Part shown: positions 1 through 9,223 of the stretch, piece by piece
Layout: each line of letters begins with the position of its first letter
Position numbering within the stretch: the stretch's first letter is position 1
Source: an uncultured Alicyclobacillaceae bacterium
Lineage (GTDB): Bacteria > Bacillota > Bacilli > Alicyclobacillales > Alicyclobacillaceae
Assembly: GCA_963758235.1 (NCBI GenBank)
Contig: CAVWUS010000012.1
Location: forward strand, 2,533 to 66,532
Length of the DNA stretch: 64,000 nucleotides
Reading direction: 5' to 3'
Translations under genes and position numbers: made by a program
Notes under the pieces: model-generated
Databases searched by the model: none
What the model saw: the letters and a program-made list of their open reading frames with translations, nothing else
What the model was told of the DNA's origin: nothing

Positions 1-788
1 TAGTGGGACAAATAGAAGGACACCATTTTCCGCTGCCTCTTCAGCCGTCCCATCTGGTTCCACTCATCCCACACCGGTTCAACGCGAAGGACGGCATCTG
101 CAGGTTCCGCCACCAGTCCTTCGGCATAGGCAAAGTCATAGATGAATGCGAAGCGATCAGGATAATCGTGGAACCGACGGCCGTAGCCAAACCGCCAGCC
201 GCCACCGAGCAGCTCCTCCTGTACTTGCATCAACGCCACAATCTTCTCCAAATGGCGTTTATACAGCGCCCCATCCTGTGTAAGCGTGAGCGCATGATTG
301 GATGCATATTGAAGGAAGCTGTCGAGGTCGGTCAACAGCATGTCCGTCTCTTCTGCATAGACAAGCGGGCCTGTAGCGGACATACGGACGTTTGCAAGCA
401 GATCGGATACCAGCCGCCGTGCGATTTTTTCGCGGAGATCGTCTGGAATGAAGAAAAGCGTTCGGCCGCCGCCAAGTCGAGTTGTTTGAAACAGCCAGCC
501 TTCGGTTAACATCGCCTTTAACGCATCGCGATCCGAGCCGAACCAGGCGCTGAGTTCCTCCGGACTCATCGGTCGATTCGGCTCGAGGCAGAGCCGCAGC
601 AGGCCGCTTTCACGCCCCGCGATCCAGTGTTTCATCTGTTCGGCAAGAAAGTCTTTGCGCCGAAACTGCATCAAAATCTCCTGATGCAGCGACATTTTTG
701 AATGTTTCGTGCAGTGGATGTCGTAGTGGCCAGCAATCTGCCTCAGGGTTGAAATGTCAGCGTTGTTCAGGCACTCCGATAGTCGCAT
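1..788 (-). CDS. XPB-associated helicase-accessory protein (partial, C-terminus beyond window edge)
   Basis: The minus-strand frame is open from the ATG at 788 (MRLSECLNNADISTLRQIAGHYD...) down to position 1. It is absent from the ORF track because no stop lies in the window. It overlaps the XPB stop by 32 nt. An alternative ATG is at 695. The family call rests on the gene neighbourhood only. Confidence 0.55.
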   Translation of the reverse strand, partial: MRLSECLNNADISTLRQIAGHYDIHCTKHSKMSLHQEILMQFRRKDFLAEQMKHWIAGRESGLLRLCLEPNRPMSPEELSAWFGSDRDALKAMLTEGWLFQTTRLGGGRTLFFIPDDLREKIARRLVSDLLANVRMSATGPLVYAEETDMLLTDLDSFLQYASNHALTLTQDGALYKRHLEKIVALMQVQEELLGGGWRFGYGRRFHDYPDRFAFIYDFAYAEGLVAEPADAVLRVEPVWDEWNQMGRLKRQRKMVSFYLSH

Positions 789-2439
789 GTGCGCTCACCC
801 TTTCCCTGTTTTCATCTTTGTCCTGGAAACACAGTTCATAGTCATAGCCCTGCTCTACGAGAAACAGCTGTCTGCGCTGTGCGGTGTGAATCTCTACGGT
901 GTCAGCTGATACGAGGGTGTAAAAGTATGCGTGATCCTTTTTCGGCCGCAGCAGTCGCCCGAGGCGCTGCGCTTCTTCCTGACGTGATCCGTACAGTCCT
1001 GATACCTGTATCCCAACTGCAGCTTCTGGCAGGTCGACGGCTGTGTTTGCAACCCGCGATAGTACGAGCTGCCGGATTTCGCCTCGTCGGAAGGCATCGA
1101 ACAACTGTTCTCTGCGCGCTTGCGGCATTTGGCCGGTAATCAGATGAATCCCGAACGCCTCTGCAATCTGTGTCAGGCCATCCAGATATTGTCCCATAAT
1201 CAGTGTTGGGTCAGATGAATGGCGGCGAAGCAGCGAGCGGATCACGTTCAATTTTTCAGGGTTCTCCCCTGCAATTCGGTATCTGTCACGGGCACTGGCA
1301 GCCTGATATTCGGCCGCCAGCTCTTCAGCCAGTGGTACGCGTATTTCGAGGCAGCGCACACTGGCCAAATACCCTGCTTGTTCGAGTTCACGCCAGCCAG
1401 CCTCATAGCATTTTGGTCCGACCAGGCCATACACATCTGTTTCGGCACCATCTTCACGGATGAGCGTCGCTGTCAAACCCAACCGTCGTACACTGTGCAG
1501 TTCGGCTGCCAGGCGAAACAACGGTGCCGGCAACATATGGACTTCGTCATAGATGACGAGCCCCCAAGGATGCGCTGCGAGCTGTTCCAGCGTGCGATGA
1601 AGACCAGCTCGAGTCCGGCCAGATACCTTTTGGTAGGTCGTTACCGTCACCGGCCCAGGCGGCGCATTGGTTCGATACAGACCAATCTCGCTGCTCTGCA
1701 GCGTGGTTGCCTCAAGGCAGGCGCGAATCCACTGGCGTGCAGACGCGTCGCTCGAGGTGACGATGAGCGTATGACAGCGGCTTTGTACGAGTGCAGCAAG
1801 TCCAATCAGTGTCTTCCCTGCTCCACACGGCAGCAGCACGATGCCGCTGGCATCGAAACGATCGCTGAAAAATGCATCGACTGCCGCGCGCTGATAGGGC
1901 CTGAGCGTATATCTTCCGGTCCATTCCAGTTCGAGACTGGCGCCCTGTTCATGTCCAGCGCGATCGTCAACTGGAATACCTGCGTGAGCGAGTGTCTGCC
2001 TTACCAGGCCGCGGACCTGTTTGCGAAACAGGAAGCGGCGCTGTTTGCGCATCAACCCTAGCCTCTTTAGGTCGGGATGCTTTCGGATCATTTCCTGCAG
2101 GCCTTCTGGGACGACAAGTTCAAAGTAATCGTCGTCATAGGACAGAAGCTTGCATTGTCCCCATTTGGACATCTCGTTGACGATGGATTGCTGCACAGTG
2201 AGAGGGATGGGATCGTGCACGTACTGACGCAGGAAGGTAAGTACACCGCGGGGCGTCCAGCCGGCAGCCGCAGCATGCCAGAGCGTAAGCGGTGTGATTT
2301 GATAGACATGCAGCGGCTCCTGCCGCTTGGTCAGGCTGCCAATCTGCATAAGCAGTTCGCGAACAGCCGTATATTCGGTATGGGTCGTGTCGACGAATAT
2401 CTCGCCGCTTGGCTGGATGTAAATTGGGCCTGACATCAT
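757..2439 (-). CDS. XPB/Ssl2 (ERCC3)-like SF2 DNA helicase
   Basis: 560 aa ORF with Walker A LLPCGAGKT, DEVH box VIYDEVHMLPA and motif VI-like QRLGRLLR. A G-rich SD lies just upstream. The second ATG (2436) is the more likely start. Confidence 0.8.
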   Translation of the reverse strand: MMSGPIYIQPSGEIFVDTTHTEYTAVRELLMQIGSLTKRQEPLHVYQITPLTLWHAAAAGWTPRGVLTFLRQYVHDPIPLTVQQSIVNEMSKWGQCKLLSYDDDYFELVVPEGLQEMIRKHPDLKRLGLMRKQRRFLFRKQVRGLVRQTLAHAGIPVDDRAGHEQGASLELEWTGRYTLRPYQRAAVDAFFSDRFDASGIVLLPCGAGKTLIGLAALVQSRCHTLIVTSSDASARQWIRACLEATTLQSSEIGLYRTNAPPGPVTVTTYQKVSGRTRAGLHRTLEQLAAHPWGLVIYDEVHMLPAPLFRLAAELHSVRRLGLTATLIREDGAETDVYGLVGPKCYEAGWRELEQAGYLASVRCLEIRVPLAEELAAEYQAASARDRYRIAGENPEKLNVIRSLLRRHSSDPTLIMGQYLDGLTQIAEAFGIHLITGQMPQARREQLFDAFRRGEIRQLVLSRVANTAVDLPEAAVGIQVSGLYGSRQEEAQRLGRLLRPKKDHAYFYTLVSADTVEIHTAQRRQLFLVEQGYDYELCFQDKDENRERVSAHATIGVPEQR

Positions 2440-2441
2440 GT

Positions 2442-2644
2442 CCCCCCCAAGCGTTTGACGCGACGAGCCATCGCTGCTGCCTGGCGTCTCAACTGTCTGT
2501 TAAATCCAGTATGACTTCTACGCTACTTGGGTATACACCGGTTTTGAGAGAACCTTCGCGGGCGTTCGCGGCAAAGCATCGCTTGGGGGGTGCATGGACA
2601 AACGGTCGAAGTAGGTTTGCACGGCAGGCATCGCTTGGGGGGGC
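2442..2644. repeat. Three copies of CGCTTGGGGGG(G): one is the XPB SD region, two are in inverse orientation upstream
   Basis: Plus strand reads CCCCCCCAAGCG at 2442-2453, CGCTTGGGGGG at 2581-2591 and CGCTTGGGGGGG at 2633-2644. The latter two share the longer GCATCGCTTGGGGGG. Confidence 0.85.
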
Positions 2645-2764
2645 GCTGCAGGTGTTGCAGCGGGTTCGTACGGAGACGGGTATGAATCGGTTGTCCGAGT
2701 ATGGTCATTGACGCAAGCGGTTTCCGGGTATGCCATCAAGGCACATCGGGTGGGCACCTGAAGG

Positions 2765-2795
2765 CAAAAAAGTAGGAAACGCAGCCGCGTTTCCC
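2765..2795 (-). terminator. Rho-independent terminator (minus-strand orientation)
   Basis: Stem GGAAACGC/GCGTTTCC (2775-2782 / 2787-2794) with a 4-nt loop. The A6 run at 2766-2771 gives a U-tract on the minus strand. Confidence 0.6.
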
Positions 2796-2845
2796 AAACA
2801 GGTTTTGCTAGGAGTGGAGAGAAATCAGAACATAACACCCTTCGA

Positions 2846-3486
2846 AATAAAGCTTATCTGTCTTTGTAATCGCTGTCAATGCTAAATTTTCTGAAATAAT
2901 GATTTTTTCGGATTAGGACGTTTCGACCCGATTCTGCAGATAAGTACCGAAACAATTCCATTCAGCACATTTAAGGCTGAATCTGACGAAATAAGTACCG
3001 CAGCAGTGCCTATCGCCCTGAACGTAGGGCACGATGAATGGTGATGAGGCCCATAGAAACTGTCGTGGTACTTATTCTGCGCGTATGACTACGCTGAGCC
3101 GCGCAATAGTAACCACAGTGATACTTATCCTTGTTGCAGCGTTCGGCGTCAGACCACAGTGGGACGGCCGATTGGGTCATTACCCCTGAGCGCCAAAAGT
3201 TCTTGAATGTGGAATCAGATGCCCGTCTGCATCCTCCATTTGATTATCTATTACCTTCAGGAGAGTACGGGGAACTTTAGAAAGTGGGCATGACGCGATA
3301 AGGCTGTCTAGGATCTTTATTTTCAATCGAAGGTCGGGCTGTGAACAGATAAGGCCGTCTGGGATCTTTATTTGGCATTTCCTTGGGGAGTGTCCATCGG
3401 GATCGCCAAAATAAAGCTGCGCGACAGCCTTATACCTTCAGAATGACTGGGACAAAGAAAAATAACGATTCATCAGCGCCTTATTC
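2846..3486. repeat. ORF-free region with two families of phased short repeats (ATAAGTACC family and ATAAGGC-N-CTTTATTTT family)
   Basis: Family A copies: 2939-2950 (fwd), 2989-3006 (fwd), 3060-3081 (rev), 3113-3130 (rev). Family B copies: 3297-3323 (fwd), 3348-3374 (fwd), 3406-3434 (rev), 3457-3486 (rev), plus a short version at 2846-2861 (rev). No ORF of 60 aa or more lies on either strand between about 2840 and 3380. Confidence 0.8.
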
Positions 3487-3572
3487 ATCAAAAACCTCCG
3501 TACTAACCTATTCGTTCTTGCGATCGCCCACGTCTCGACCGTCCGTTCCCCGCATATCGCGATCGCGCTCGT

Positions 3573-4433
3573 TCAATGGCTCGCCAGCGCAGTTTGTTCC
3601 TTCCGCCTGGCCAACAATCCAGCCAGATCGTCCACAGTCTGAACGATGCCGGAAAACGCATCCAGTGTGATGGTCTGCTGTGCATCGGACAGTGCCAGCG
3701 TCGGATTCTGGTGTACCTCGAGGATCAGGCCATGTGCACCCGCTGCAATCGCCGCGGCCGACATCGCAGGGACATGTTCAGCAAGCCCAATGCCGTGGCT
3801 CGGGTCAACAATGACAGGCAGATGCGTCAGAGACTGCACCACCGGAATCGCGTTCAAATCGAGCGTGTTTCTGGTGTAGGGTTCAAAGGTACGGATGCCT
3901 CGCTCGCAGAGGATGACGTTGGGATTTCCCTCTGCCAAGATGTACTCTGCTGACATCAGCCACTCTTCAATGGTGGCCGAGAGACCGCGCTTCAGCAGCA
4001 CGGGCGTACTCGTCCGCCCCACCTTCCGCAGCAAAGGATAGTTTTGCATATTGCGCGCGCCAATCTGAAAGACATCGACGATGTCCGCCATCGTCTCCAC
4101 AAGCTCTGGTTCCATCACTTCGGTTACAATCGGCAGCCCGCTCGCTTCTCTAGCCAATGCCAGATACGTCAGCCCTTCGGCGCCAAGCCCCTGGAATGAA
4201 TAGGGCGATGATCTCGGCTTGAATGCGCCGCCGCGGAGCATCTGGCCGCCACGTTTGCGGATCTCGATTGCGAGTTCGATGATCTGATCTCTCGACTCAA
4301 CTGCGCACGGACCAGCCACCATGACTGGCGTGCTGCCACCAATTTCTACACTGCCTACTCTGACAATCGTGTTTTGTTCGTGTTGTGTTCTGCTCGCCAA
4401 ACGAAACGGTACCGATGCGGCTGAGTTTGTCAT
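3573..4433 (-). CDS. aroF: 3-deoxy-7-phosphoheptulonate (DAHP) synthase, type I-beta
   Basis: 286 aa with the GPCAVES motif and KDO8P/DAHP-synthase-like sequence. A 4-nt ATGA overlap joins it to the trpA stop. Confidence 0.85.
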   Translation of the reverse strand: MTNSAASVPFRLASRTQHEQNTIVRVGSVEIGGSTPVMVAGPCAVESRDQIIELAIEIRKRGGQMLRGGAFKPRSSPYSFQGLGAEGLTYLALAREASGLPIVTEVMEPELVETMADIVDVFQIGARNMQNYPLLRKVGRTSTPVLLKRGLSATIEEWLMSAEYILAEGNPNVILCERGIRTFEPYTRNTLDLNAIPVVQSLTHLPVIVDPSHGIGLAEHVPAMSAAAIAAGAHGLILEVHQNPTLALSDAQQTITLDAFSGIVQTVDDLAGLLARRKEQTALASH

Positions 4434-5269
4434 GAGTTTACTCCTGACTGCATAACCTGCCGAAACGAGGATGTGAATTCAGCCAGACGCGTCTGGAGCA
4501 AGGAGGCTGTGTCTGCGCCAATGGCATTGGTCGCACACTCGGCGACTGTCGCTTCAATCTGTCGAACGAACGCACTGCCGATGATGACGCCATCGGCAAA
4601 CTGCAGTATCTGCTCCGCGTGTTCGGGGCGGCTGACACCAAAGCCAACGGCGATTGGCAAGTCCGTATGGCGGCGAACTTCCTCTGCGAGTGCCCCAACT
4701 CTGTCTGACAGCGTTGTTCGCTCGCCTGTGACGCCAAGCGTAGAAACCAAGTAGACAAACCCGCGTGCCGCACTACAAATGGCAGCGATCCGCTCCGGTG
4801 GAGAAGCTGGCGTGACCAGCTGAATCAGGTCGATGCCAAAGCGGTCTGCCAACGCACGAATGGCATGACTTTCTTCATAGGGTAGATCCGGGATAATCAC
4901 ACCGTCCGTCTGCGCCGAGGCCGCAGCTTCAAAGAAGCGCTCAGGACCATACTGAAGCACCGGATTCACATAGGTAAACAGGATGATTGCCTTGTCTTTC
5001 GCCTCTTCACGCAGCGCTGCCGCCAGTTCGAATGCGCGCGGCAGCAGGAAACCTGCGCCGAGGCTCCGCAGTGAAGCTGCCTGGATTACCGGTCCATCCG
5101 CCAGCGGATCCGAATACGGGATGCCAATCTCGACGATGTCAGCGCCAGCTGCTAGGACTGTGCGAAATAACTTGAGGGACGTCTCGTAGTCGGGATCTCC
5201 GGCTGTCAAAAAGGGAATCAAGGTGCCCTCACCACGCCGCCGTTCGAACGCCTGCTGGATTCGACTCAT
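4430..5269 (-). CDS. trpA: tryptophan synthase alpha subunit
   Basis: 279 aa with the [15 protein letters not shown] motif. It overlaps trpB by 4 nt. Confidence 0.9.
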   Translation of the reverse strand: MSRIQQAFERRRGEGTLIPFLTAGDPDYETSLKLFRTVLAAGADIVEIGIPYSDPLADGPVIQAASLRSLGAGFLLPRAFELAAALREEAKDKAIILFTYVNPVLQYGPERFFEAAASAQTDGVIIPDLPYEESHAIRALADRFGIDLIQLVTPASPPERIAAICSAARGFVYLVSTLGVTGERTTLSDRVGALAEEVRRHTDLPIAVGFGVSRPEHAEQILQFADGVIIGSAFVRQIEATVAECATNAIGADTASLLQTRLAEFTSSFRQVMQSGVNS

Positions 5270-6481
5270 TCTGCCCCCTCCTTTTCTTCCGCTATCGCAG
5301 CAATCTGTTCGACGTCTTTGTCACCGCGCCCGGACAGACAGATCACGAGCAGTTCATCTGGTGACATCTGAGGCGCCCGTTTGACGGCTTCAGCTACCGC
5401 GTGCGCGCTTTCTAGTGCTGGAATGATGCCTTCCAGTTTGGATAGCAGGTAAAACGCGTCGAGGGCTTCGCGATCGTCGATGGGAACATAGACAGCCCGT
5501 CGTGTATCATGCAGCCAGGCGTGTTCAGGCCCGATGCCAGGATAATCGAGGCCAGCTGAAATGGAGTGCGCTGGCGTGATCTGCCCGTATTCATCCTGCA
5601 GCACATACGTCATGGCGCCATGCAGGACGCCAGGGCGGCCGTGGCCAATGCTCATCGCATGCTTGTCAGTCGATGCGCCTTCGCCTGCCGCTTCGACGCC
5701 AATCAGCTGTACGGACGTGTCTTCGATGAACGGATAAAACATCCCCATTGCGTTGCTGCCGCCGCCTACACAGGCAATGGCCATATCCGGCAAACGGCCT
5801 TCGAGCGCAAGCATCTGCGCCTTCGTTTCGTCACCGATGATCCGTTGAAAGTCTCGAACGATGCGCGGGTATGGGTGCGGTCGTTACGACCGATCCGATG
5901 ATGTAATACGTATCTTCAACGTGGGAGACCCAATGCCGGATGGCTTCATTCGTCGCATCCTTCAGCGTGCGCGTGCCTGATTTGGCCGCCACGACTTCAG
6001 CGCCGAGCATGCGCATCCGAAACACATTGAGCGCTTGACGCCGCATGTCCTCTTCTCCCATGAAAACCGTGCACTCAAGACCGAAGCGAGCTGCAACTGT
6101 AGCGGTGGCCACGCCGTGCTGGCCAGCGCCTGTTTCTGCGATGACGCGTTTCTTTCCGGTGTACTTGGCGAGCAGCGCCTGGCCAATGGTGTTGTTGATC
6201 TTATGGGCACCTGTATGGTTGAGGTCTTCCCGCTTCAAATAGATTTTCGCACCGCCGAGATGTTCCGTCAGACGTTTTGCGTAATACAGCGGCGTTGGTC
6301 TGCCGGCGTACGAAGCGAGATCGTCCTTCAGTTCTGCCTGAAAGGCAGGATCGGCGATGCAGCGCTCATAATCCTGTTCCAGCGTGGACAAGGCGTGCAT
6401 CAGCGTTTCCGGTACAAACTGTCCGCCGAACTGCCCAAACCGCCCTTTCGGAGTCTGTGTTGAATCGGTTGTACTCGTCAA
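5266..6481 (-). pseudogene. trpB: tryptophan synthase beta subunit, frameshifted in this sequence
   Basis: The N-terminal ORF 5831-6481 (...HTGAHKINN...YYIIGSVV) and C-terminal ORF 5266-5814 are in different frames. [24 protein letters not shown] reads through in the second frame. The break is at about 5881-5884, where 4 nt stand where one codon is expected. Confidence 0.85.
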
Positions 6482-7159
6482 AGGTTGCTCACCACCTGAA
6501 TCATCTGTTGGATTTTGTCACTGGATTTACGGCCGTCTGTCTCCACGCCGGAAGACACGTCGATGCCGGCTGGCAGTACATCTTGTCCGCACGCGCGTAC
6601 GAAGGCATCCACATTGTCTGGCCGAAATCCGCCAGCCACCCACAGCTGCGGCTTCAACTGCGCTGCCTGATAGCGCGTGAGAAAGGCTGACATCAGCGAC
6701 CAGTCGAAGCTAACACCATGTCCACCCGTTACGGTGGCGCCCGCATGCTTCGGCGGCGCAGCATCGAGCAGCAGGCCATCGACGGCGGGTGCATATGTCT
6801 CTGCGACGGTCAGCAGCTGGTCAACCGTCATGTCCTGCCGTACCGTGATCGACTTCCATACGGTGAGACCCTCATCACGCAGGATCTGGCAATCCTCCAC
6901 CGATTCCTTGCCATGCAGTTGTACTCCAGTTAAGCCAACCTGTGCCGCCACATCCCGGACGGTTTTTAGCGACTGGTCGACGAAGACGCCGATCACGCCG
7001 CAGTGCGGCCAGTTCCATTCCCAGCCACTGTGCAGCTGTGTCTGGGGCGACATAGCGACGGCTTGCGGGCACAAAGATAATGCCCATATAAGCGACTGCT
7101 GGTTCCGCTGTAAACGCGAGGCTGTCGCCTGGCTGGAGTCCGCAGATTTTCAGTCTCAT
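6478..7159 (-). pseudogene. trpF: phosphoribosylanthranilate isomerase, frameshifted in this sequence
   Basis: N-terminus MRLKICGLQPGD...IIFVPASRRYV is in ORF 6875-7159. The rest (GVIGVFVDQS...QLHG...) is in ORF 6478-7074. The frame change is at about 7000-7015. Confidence 0.8.
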
Positions 7160-7962
7160 CGAGCCGCACCTGACACCGTACGTCCGATCTTCGGCACGGC
7201 GTAGGTCTGCAATTGCGCACGACGTTCGTCGTCATCTGCAAGTCGCATTAACGATTCTCCTATCAGTAAACCATCGACGCCGGCAGCTGCCAGGAGCGCT
7301 GCATCGGCAGAAGTCTTTACGCCGCTTTCGGCAATCGCCGGAATGTCGGTCGGAATCAAATTCATCAGGCGCAGTGTGGTGTCGAGCGAGACTTCAAAGT
7401 TGTGCAAATTACGGTTGTTCACGCCAATGACGCTTGGTTCTGCTGCAAGGGCTGGTTCGAGCTCATCTTCACTGTGCACCTCTATCAGCACATCGAGACC
7501 AAGCTCTTTGGCGTAGGCAGACAGTTCTCGCAGCACCTGCTTGTCGAGTGCAGCCACAATCAGCAGGATGACGTCTGCGCCTGCTCTGCAGGCTTCGTCA
7601 ATTTGAACACGATCGATGATAAAGTCCTTACGCAGGAGCGGCAGACTGGTCTGCGCCCGTACGTCGGCGAGGTATTGGATGGAACCTTGAAAAAAGGATA
7701 CGTCGGTCAAGATGGAAATAGCGCTGGCGCCTGCCTGTTCATACGCCCGTGCAATCTGGACTGGATGAAAATTTGGCTGTATGAGTCCTTTTGACGGTGA
7801 CGCCTTTTTGATCTCGCTGATAATCGCAAGGTGACTGCCTGCTCGAATGGCCTCTGCGAAACGGCCAGGCGATCTGGCTGTCACACTTGGCGTGATCGAT
7901 CGCTGTTTGAGCTGTTCCACTTCACGGCGTTTCGTTTCCAGAATGCGTTCAAGAAATGTCAT
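7156..7962 (-). CDS. trpC: indole-3-glycerol phosphate synthase
   Basis: 268 aa with IISEIKKASPSKG and LLRKDFIID motifs. It has 4-nt overlaps on both sides. Confidence 0.9.
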   Translation of the reverse strand: MTFLERILETKRREVEQLKQRSITPSVTARSPGRFAEAIRAGSHLAIISEIKKASPSKGLIQPNFHPVQIARAYEQAGASAISILTDVSFFQGSIQYLADVRAQTSLPLLRKDFIIDRVQIDEACRAGADVILLIVAALDKQVLRELSAYAKELGLDVLIEVHSEDELEPALAAEPSVIGVNNRNLHNFEVSLDTTLRLMNLIPTDIPAIAESGVKTSADAALLAAAGVDGLLIGESLMRLADDDERRAQLQTYAVPKIGRTVSGAAR

Positions 7963-8999
7963 TGTGCCACCTCCGTGCGTTCGAAAGTGTGGCTGACGGC
8001 AATGAACCGATTGAGTGTCGCCAGCGCCTGACCGTTCGAAAGCAGCTGCTGTGCCAACTCGACTCCCTTTGCGATGGAATCCGCAATTCCAGTGACATAC
8101 AGCACTGCACCGGCATTCAAGGCGACGATGTCGCGGTGGGGTCCAGTACTGCCTGCAAGCACGTCCTGAATCAACTGTGCGTTCACGACCGCGTCGCCAC
8201 CAGCAACGGCTGAAAGCGGCGCTTCCGCAAGGCCGACATCCCCAGGCGATATGGTATAGGTGTGAACTTCACCAGCTTTGACTTCCGCCACGTTCGTTGG
8301 GCCGGAAATGGAGAATTCGTCGATGCCACCGCTGCCGTGAACCACCAGTACATGTTCGCTGCCCAGCTGACACAGCGCTTGTGCGACTGTGTCAACCAAT
8401 TCTGGTCGGTAGACGCCGAGTACCTGGCGTTTTGGAAAGGCTGGATTGGTCAGCGGACCAAGCACATTGAAAATCGTTCGAAAACCGAGTTGCTTCCGCG
8501 TCTCGGCAGCATATTTCATCGCGGGATGGTAGTTTGGCGCAAAGAGGAAACATAAGTGTGACTGTTCCAGGCAAACCGCTGCTTCATCTGTATCGAGGTC
8601 GATGCGTGCGCCGAGCGCCTTCAGCACATCGGCACTGCCGCTGCGGCTGCTCACTGCCCGGTTCCCGTGTTTGGCGACGTACGCGCCGCCTGCTGCAGCC
8701 ACAATCGCGGCTGCGGTCGATATATTAAATGTCTGTCCCCCATCGCCGCCGGTTCCGCAGGTATCCACGACTGGCTGCGTCAAACGTACCGGTACGGCAT
8801 GTGCCCGCATTGCACGGGCAAACCCGACCATCTCGGACACCGTTTCACCGCGAACCGTCATTGCAGAAAGCAGTCCGGCTGTCTGAATGGGAGAACATTG
8901 TCCATCCATCAATTGATTCATCAGCGCCTCGGCAGTCTGCTCATCCAGTGTCTGCCCCTGCGCCACTTGTTTCAGTACATCCTGAACGAAATCACTCAT
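7959..8999 (-). CDS. trpD: anthranilate phosphoribosyltransferase
   Basis: 346 aa with the CGTGGDGGQTFNISTAAA motif. An SD (GAGAGGAG) lies upstream of the ATG at 8999. Confidence 0.9.
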   Translation of the reverse strand: MSDFVQDVLKQVAQGQTLDEQTAEALMNQLMDGQCSPIQTAGLLSAMTVRGETVSEMVGFARAMRAHAVPVRLTQPVVDTCGTGGDGGQTFNISTAAAIVAAAGGAYVAKHGNRAVSSRSGSADVLKALGARIDLDTDEAAVCLEQSHLCFLFAPNYHPAMKYAAETRKQLGFRTIFNVLGPLTNPAFPKRQVLGVYRPELVDTVAQALCQLGSEHVLVVHGSGGIDEFSISGPTNVAEVKAGEVHTYTISPGDVGLAEAPLSAVAGGDAVVNAQLIQDVLAGSTGPHRDIVALNAGAVLYVTGIADSIAKGVELAQQLLSNGQALATLNRFIAVSHTFERTEVAQ

Positions 9000-9033
9000 C
9001 TCACTCGACTCCTCTCATCTTTGCGCATCCAAC

Positions 9034-9071
9034 AAAAAAATCCGCTCGTCAGACAGAGCCTGACACGCGGA
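9034..9071 (-). terminator. intrinsic terminator / attenuator in the trp leader
   Basis: The minus-strand RNA is UCCGCGUGUCAG-GCUCUGU-CUGACGAGCGGA followed by U7. It lies about 35 nt upstream of the trpD start. Confidence 0.7.
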
Positions 9072-9122
9072 CTGAAACTCACAGCACGTTTGTACATGTG
9101 AGAACAGAGTGTATGGACTGCG

Positions 9123-9177
9123 CTCGGCTCATCTCAATCAAACAGTTGACTGAATTTCTAACGGCTCATCTCAGCTA
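9123..9177 (-). promoter_or_regulatory. candidate TRAP-binding (G/U)AG triplet array in the trp leader
   Basis: The minus-strand RNA has UAG-cu-GAG-au-GAG-ccgu-UAG (9177-9158) and GAG-au-GAG-cc-GAG (9135-9123). The 12-mer UGAGAUGAGCCG occurs twice. mtrB is present in this window. Confidence 0.45.
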
Positions 9178-9223
9178 AACCAAAAATCCGATACCGTAAT
9201 CATATGTGCTGGAGATAAATTCG

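Noticed and set aside
3-509. 168-aa plus-strand ORF at the window start
   Set aside because: Its sequence is not protein-like. The opposite strand carries an uninterrupted, motif-bearing frame (1-788) coupled to the XPB gene.
2409-2838. ORFs 2409-2711 (+) and 2518-2838 (-) in the XPB upstream region
   Set aside because: Their composition is low-complexity and Pro/Arg-rich, and they overlap each other. The region is better explained by the SD/anti-SD repeats and a terminator.
9000-9223. T-box riboswitch in the trp leader
   Set aside because: No T-box consensus (AATTAGGGTGGTACCGCG-like) or specifier-loop architecture was found. The triplet array plus mtrB fits TRAP control better.
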